25,952 nucleotides of DNA from an uncultured archaeon. Its GTDB lineage: Archaea > Asgardarchaeota > Thorarchaeia > Thorarchaeales > Thorarchaeaceae. The stretch lies in assembly GCA_964610875.1 (NCBI GenBank), contig CAZSWP010000002.1, positions 116,541 through 142,492 of the forward strand, written 5' to 3'. Positions 24,705 through 25,952 of this stretch are shown here, piece after piece (position 1 is the stretch's first letter; every line of letters begins with the position of its first letter). The notes under the pieces were generated by a model. The model was not told where the DNA came from. It made no database searches and was given only the letters and a program-made list of their open reading frames with translations. A program made the position numbers and the translations under genes.

Positions 24705-25838
24705 TCATTCTATTTTGATCATTCGTATCTCATTATAATCTGTTATTACACGAATATATCCTCGTAAAATGTCATCAACTTCAGGGTCACCAGTGTCAAC
24801 CTTGATGGTACCACCATCAATACCTCGTAGCTTTGCAGGAGTGCTGATGACAATGATGTGTTGCCTGCCAACCTTCTCAATCACCTTAGGGCTAATCTGT
24901 TGATTGCCACGACCGAAGAGCATCCCTTGATGGCCAATAGGTGACACGATTATCCAAGCCCTATCAAAATCTGAGATGATATCCAGAATCTCATTCTCGT
25001 TGACATCGTTATGCACATCTTTCTTTGAATAAATATCAACACCAAGAGTTGTCTTCTCCATTTCAAGTAGTTGAGCAACTGTCTTGGTAGTAGTACCAGG
25101 TCCAAGAATATAGAACCCATCATCTTTCATGTCTTCAATCACATAGCGAGCAATGGCCTCTTGTGCTTCATGTTCGTTGACGGTCTCAGGACTCGCCTGT
25201 TTTGCTCCTTGAAACCGTGCAGGCACAGAGGGCCCCTTCAAGTAACCATAGAGCTGAATGATAAACCGGTCCTCTCGAAATGCTTCTTCATCGGCATCCA
25301 TGATTTCAAACTCAGTAGCACGAGCAGAACCCTGAATCATCAGTCGAATTACCTCAGCAGCATCCCGTGGGTTTACAACAAAGATGCCACTATACATCTT
25401 TACTCCAGAAGGTACGCCAAGAACTAACAGATCTGAGAGATTCTTTTCCTCAATGGCATCCAGAATATCACGAGCAGTACCATCACCACCAACAAACACC
25501 ACTACTTCAGCTCCGGCATCATGAAGGCTCCAGATACACTTCTTAGTATCTGTAGCAGTTGTTGTTTCTCCAATGTCAACATCGATAACAGCAAAATCGA
25601 GACCACAAGCTGACACAATATCCAGACCCATAGGTCCGGGACATGTTATCAGTTCTAGGTTTTTGATGACACCGGTTTTTAACATGTCCTGTAATGCAAG
25701 AAGGAAGTTTTTCGTTCGTTCCTCGGAAACAGGTTCTGCACCTAGTTTACGAGCCTTCTCGACTACTCCATCAGTCCCTTTGAGACCTACCCTACCACCC
25801 ATTCCTGCTATGGGGTTGATGAGAAGACCAACTTTCAA
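24705..25838 (-). CDS. ATP-NAD/AcoX-like kinase family protein
   Basis: NPIAGMGGRVGLKGTDG, GGDGTARD, GVPSGVKMYSG, GPGTT and GRGNQQ. Start at TTG 25838 or 25871. Confidence 0.85.
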   Translation of the reverse strand: MKVGLLINPIAGMGGRVGLKGTDGVVEKARKLGAEPVSEERTKNFLLALQDMLKTGVIKNLELITCPGPMGLDIVSACGLDFAVIDVDIGETTTATDTKKCIWSLHDAGAEVVVFVGGDGTARDILDAIEEKNLSDLLVLGVPSGVKMYSGIFVVNPRDAAEVIRLMIQGSARATEFEIMDADEEAFREDRFIIQLYGYLKGPSVPARFQGAKQASPETVNEHEAQEAIARYVIEDMKDDGFYILGPGTTTKTVAQLLEMEKTTLGVDIYSKKDVHNDVNENEILDIISDFDRAWIIVSPIGHQGMLFGRGNQQISPKVIEKVGRQHIIVISTPAKLRGIDGGTIKVDTGDPEVDDILRGYIRVITDYNEIRMIKIE

Positions 25839-25891
25839 TGTCTGCCAAACTCCGTTCTGTGAAGCTGCCAAAGGGTACTATAGAGATTCCG

Positions 25892-25952
25892 CTATGGTGA
25901 TTCTTCTTCGTCTTTCACTTCTTTCACGTCTTTCACTTCTTTCACTTCTTTC
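25892..25952 (-). CDS. 3' end of an upstream gene with a low-complexity charged tail (partial)
   Basis: Reads KEVKEVKDVKEVKDEEESP-stop (TAG at 25894-25892); the frame is not certain. Confidence 0.4.
   Translation of the reverse strand, partial: KEVKEVKDVKEVKDEEESP
25911..25952. repeat. 9-bp tandem repeat TCTTTCAC(T/G), at least 4.7 copies, running off the window
   Basis: tctttcact tctttcacg tctttcact tctttcact tctttc. Confidence 0.95.

Noticed and set aside
3140-25427. Numerous 60-170 aa ORFs antisense or out of frame within larger genes (e.g. 4988..5434, 5416..5823, 6812..7324, 17465..17815, 25071..25427)
   Set aside because: They are antisense or alternative-frame shadows of well-supported genes and lack motifs or initiation signals.
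25911-25952. CRISPR repeat
   Set aside because: 9-bp head-to-tail units with no spacers and no cas genes.

Overview
Gene-dense, roughly 40% GC archaeal-style housekeeping and metabolic region. TATA-box promoters, GGTG/GAGGTG ribosome-binding sites and the gene content suggest an Asgard archaeon such as Thorarchaeia; this is an inference, as no marker gene is present. In order: partial pepD, PAP2 phosphatase, an uncharacterised glycoside-hydrolase-like TIM barrel, an acetoacetate-decarboxylase-like protein and an ABC exporter. Next is a five-gene lipoate-assembly operon: lipS2, lipS1, a lipoate ligase fused to a Cys-rich DUF116-like domain, a LipT/GGR-like flavoprotein and a second, frameshifted lipoate ligase. 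Then come a GNAT fragment, galactokinase, an fhs-folD-fused FTCD tetrahydrofolate C1 cluster and a form IV RuBisCO-like protein. The RLP converges on a saccharopine-dehydrogenase-like plus FGGY kinase pair. The window ends with ogt, a DUF5714 pseudogene with three frameshifts, a DUF62 SAM hydrolase, an ATP-NAD/AcoX-like kinase and a 9-bp tandem repeat at the edge. I saw no tRNA, rRNA, CRISPR array or transposase. The strongest leads are: (1) a GC-rich RNA element with two mutually exclusive folds that starts at the predicted TSS of the GH-like gene (2656-2747, minus), a candidate riboswitch or ncRNA; (2) the 8-Cys domain fused to the lipoate ligase in the LipS1/S2 operon; (3) a possible unknown catabolic module of RLP, FGGY kinase with a Zn-ribbon-like insert and SDH-like enzyme, with similar dyads upstream of the RLP and kinase genes.
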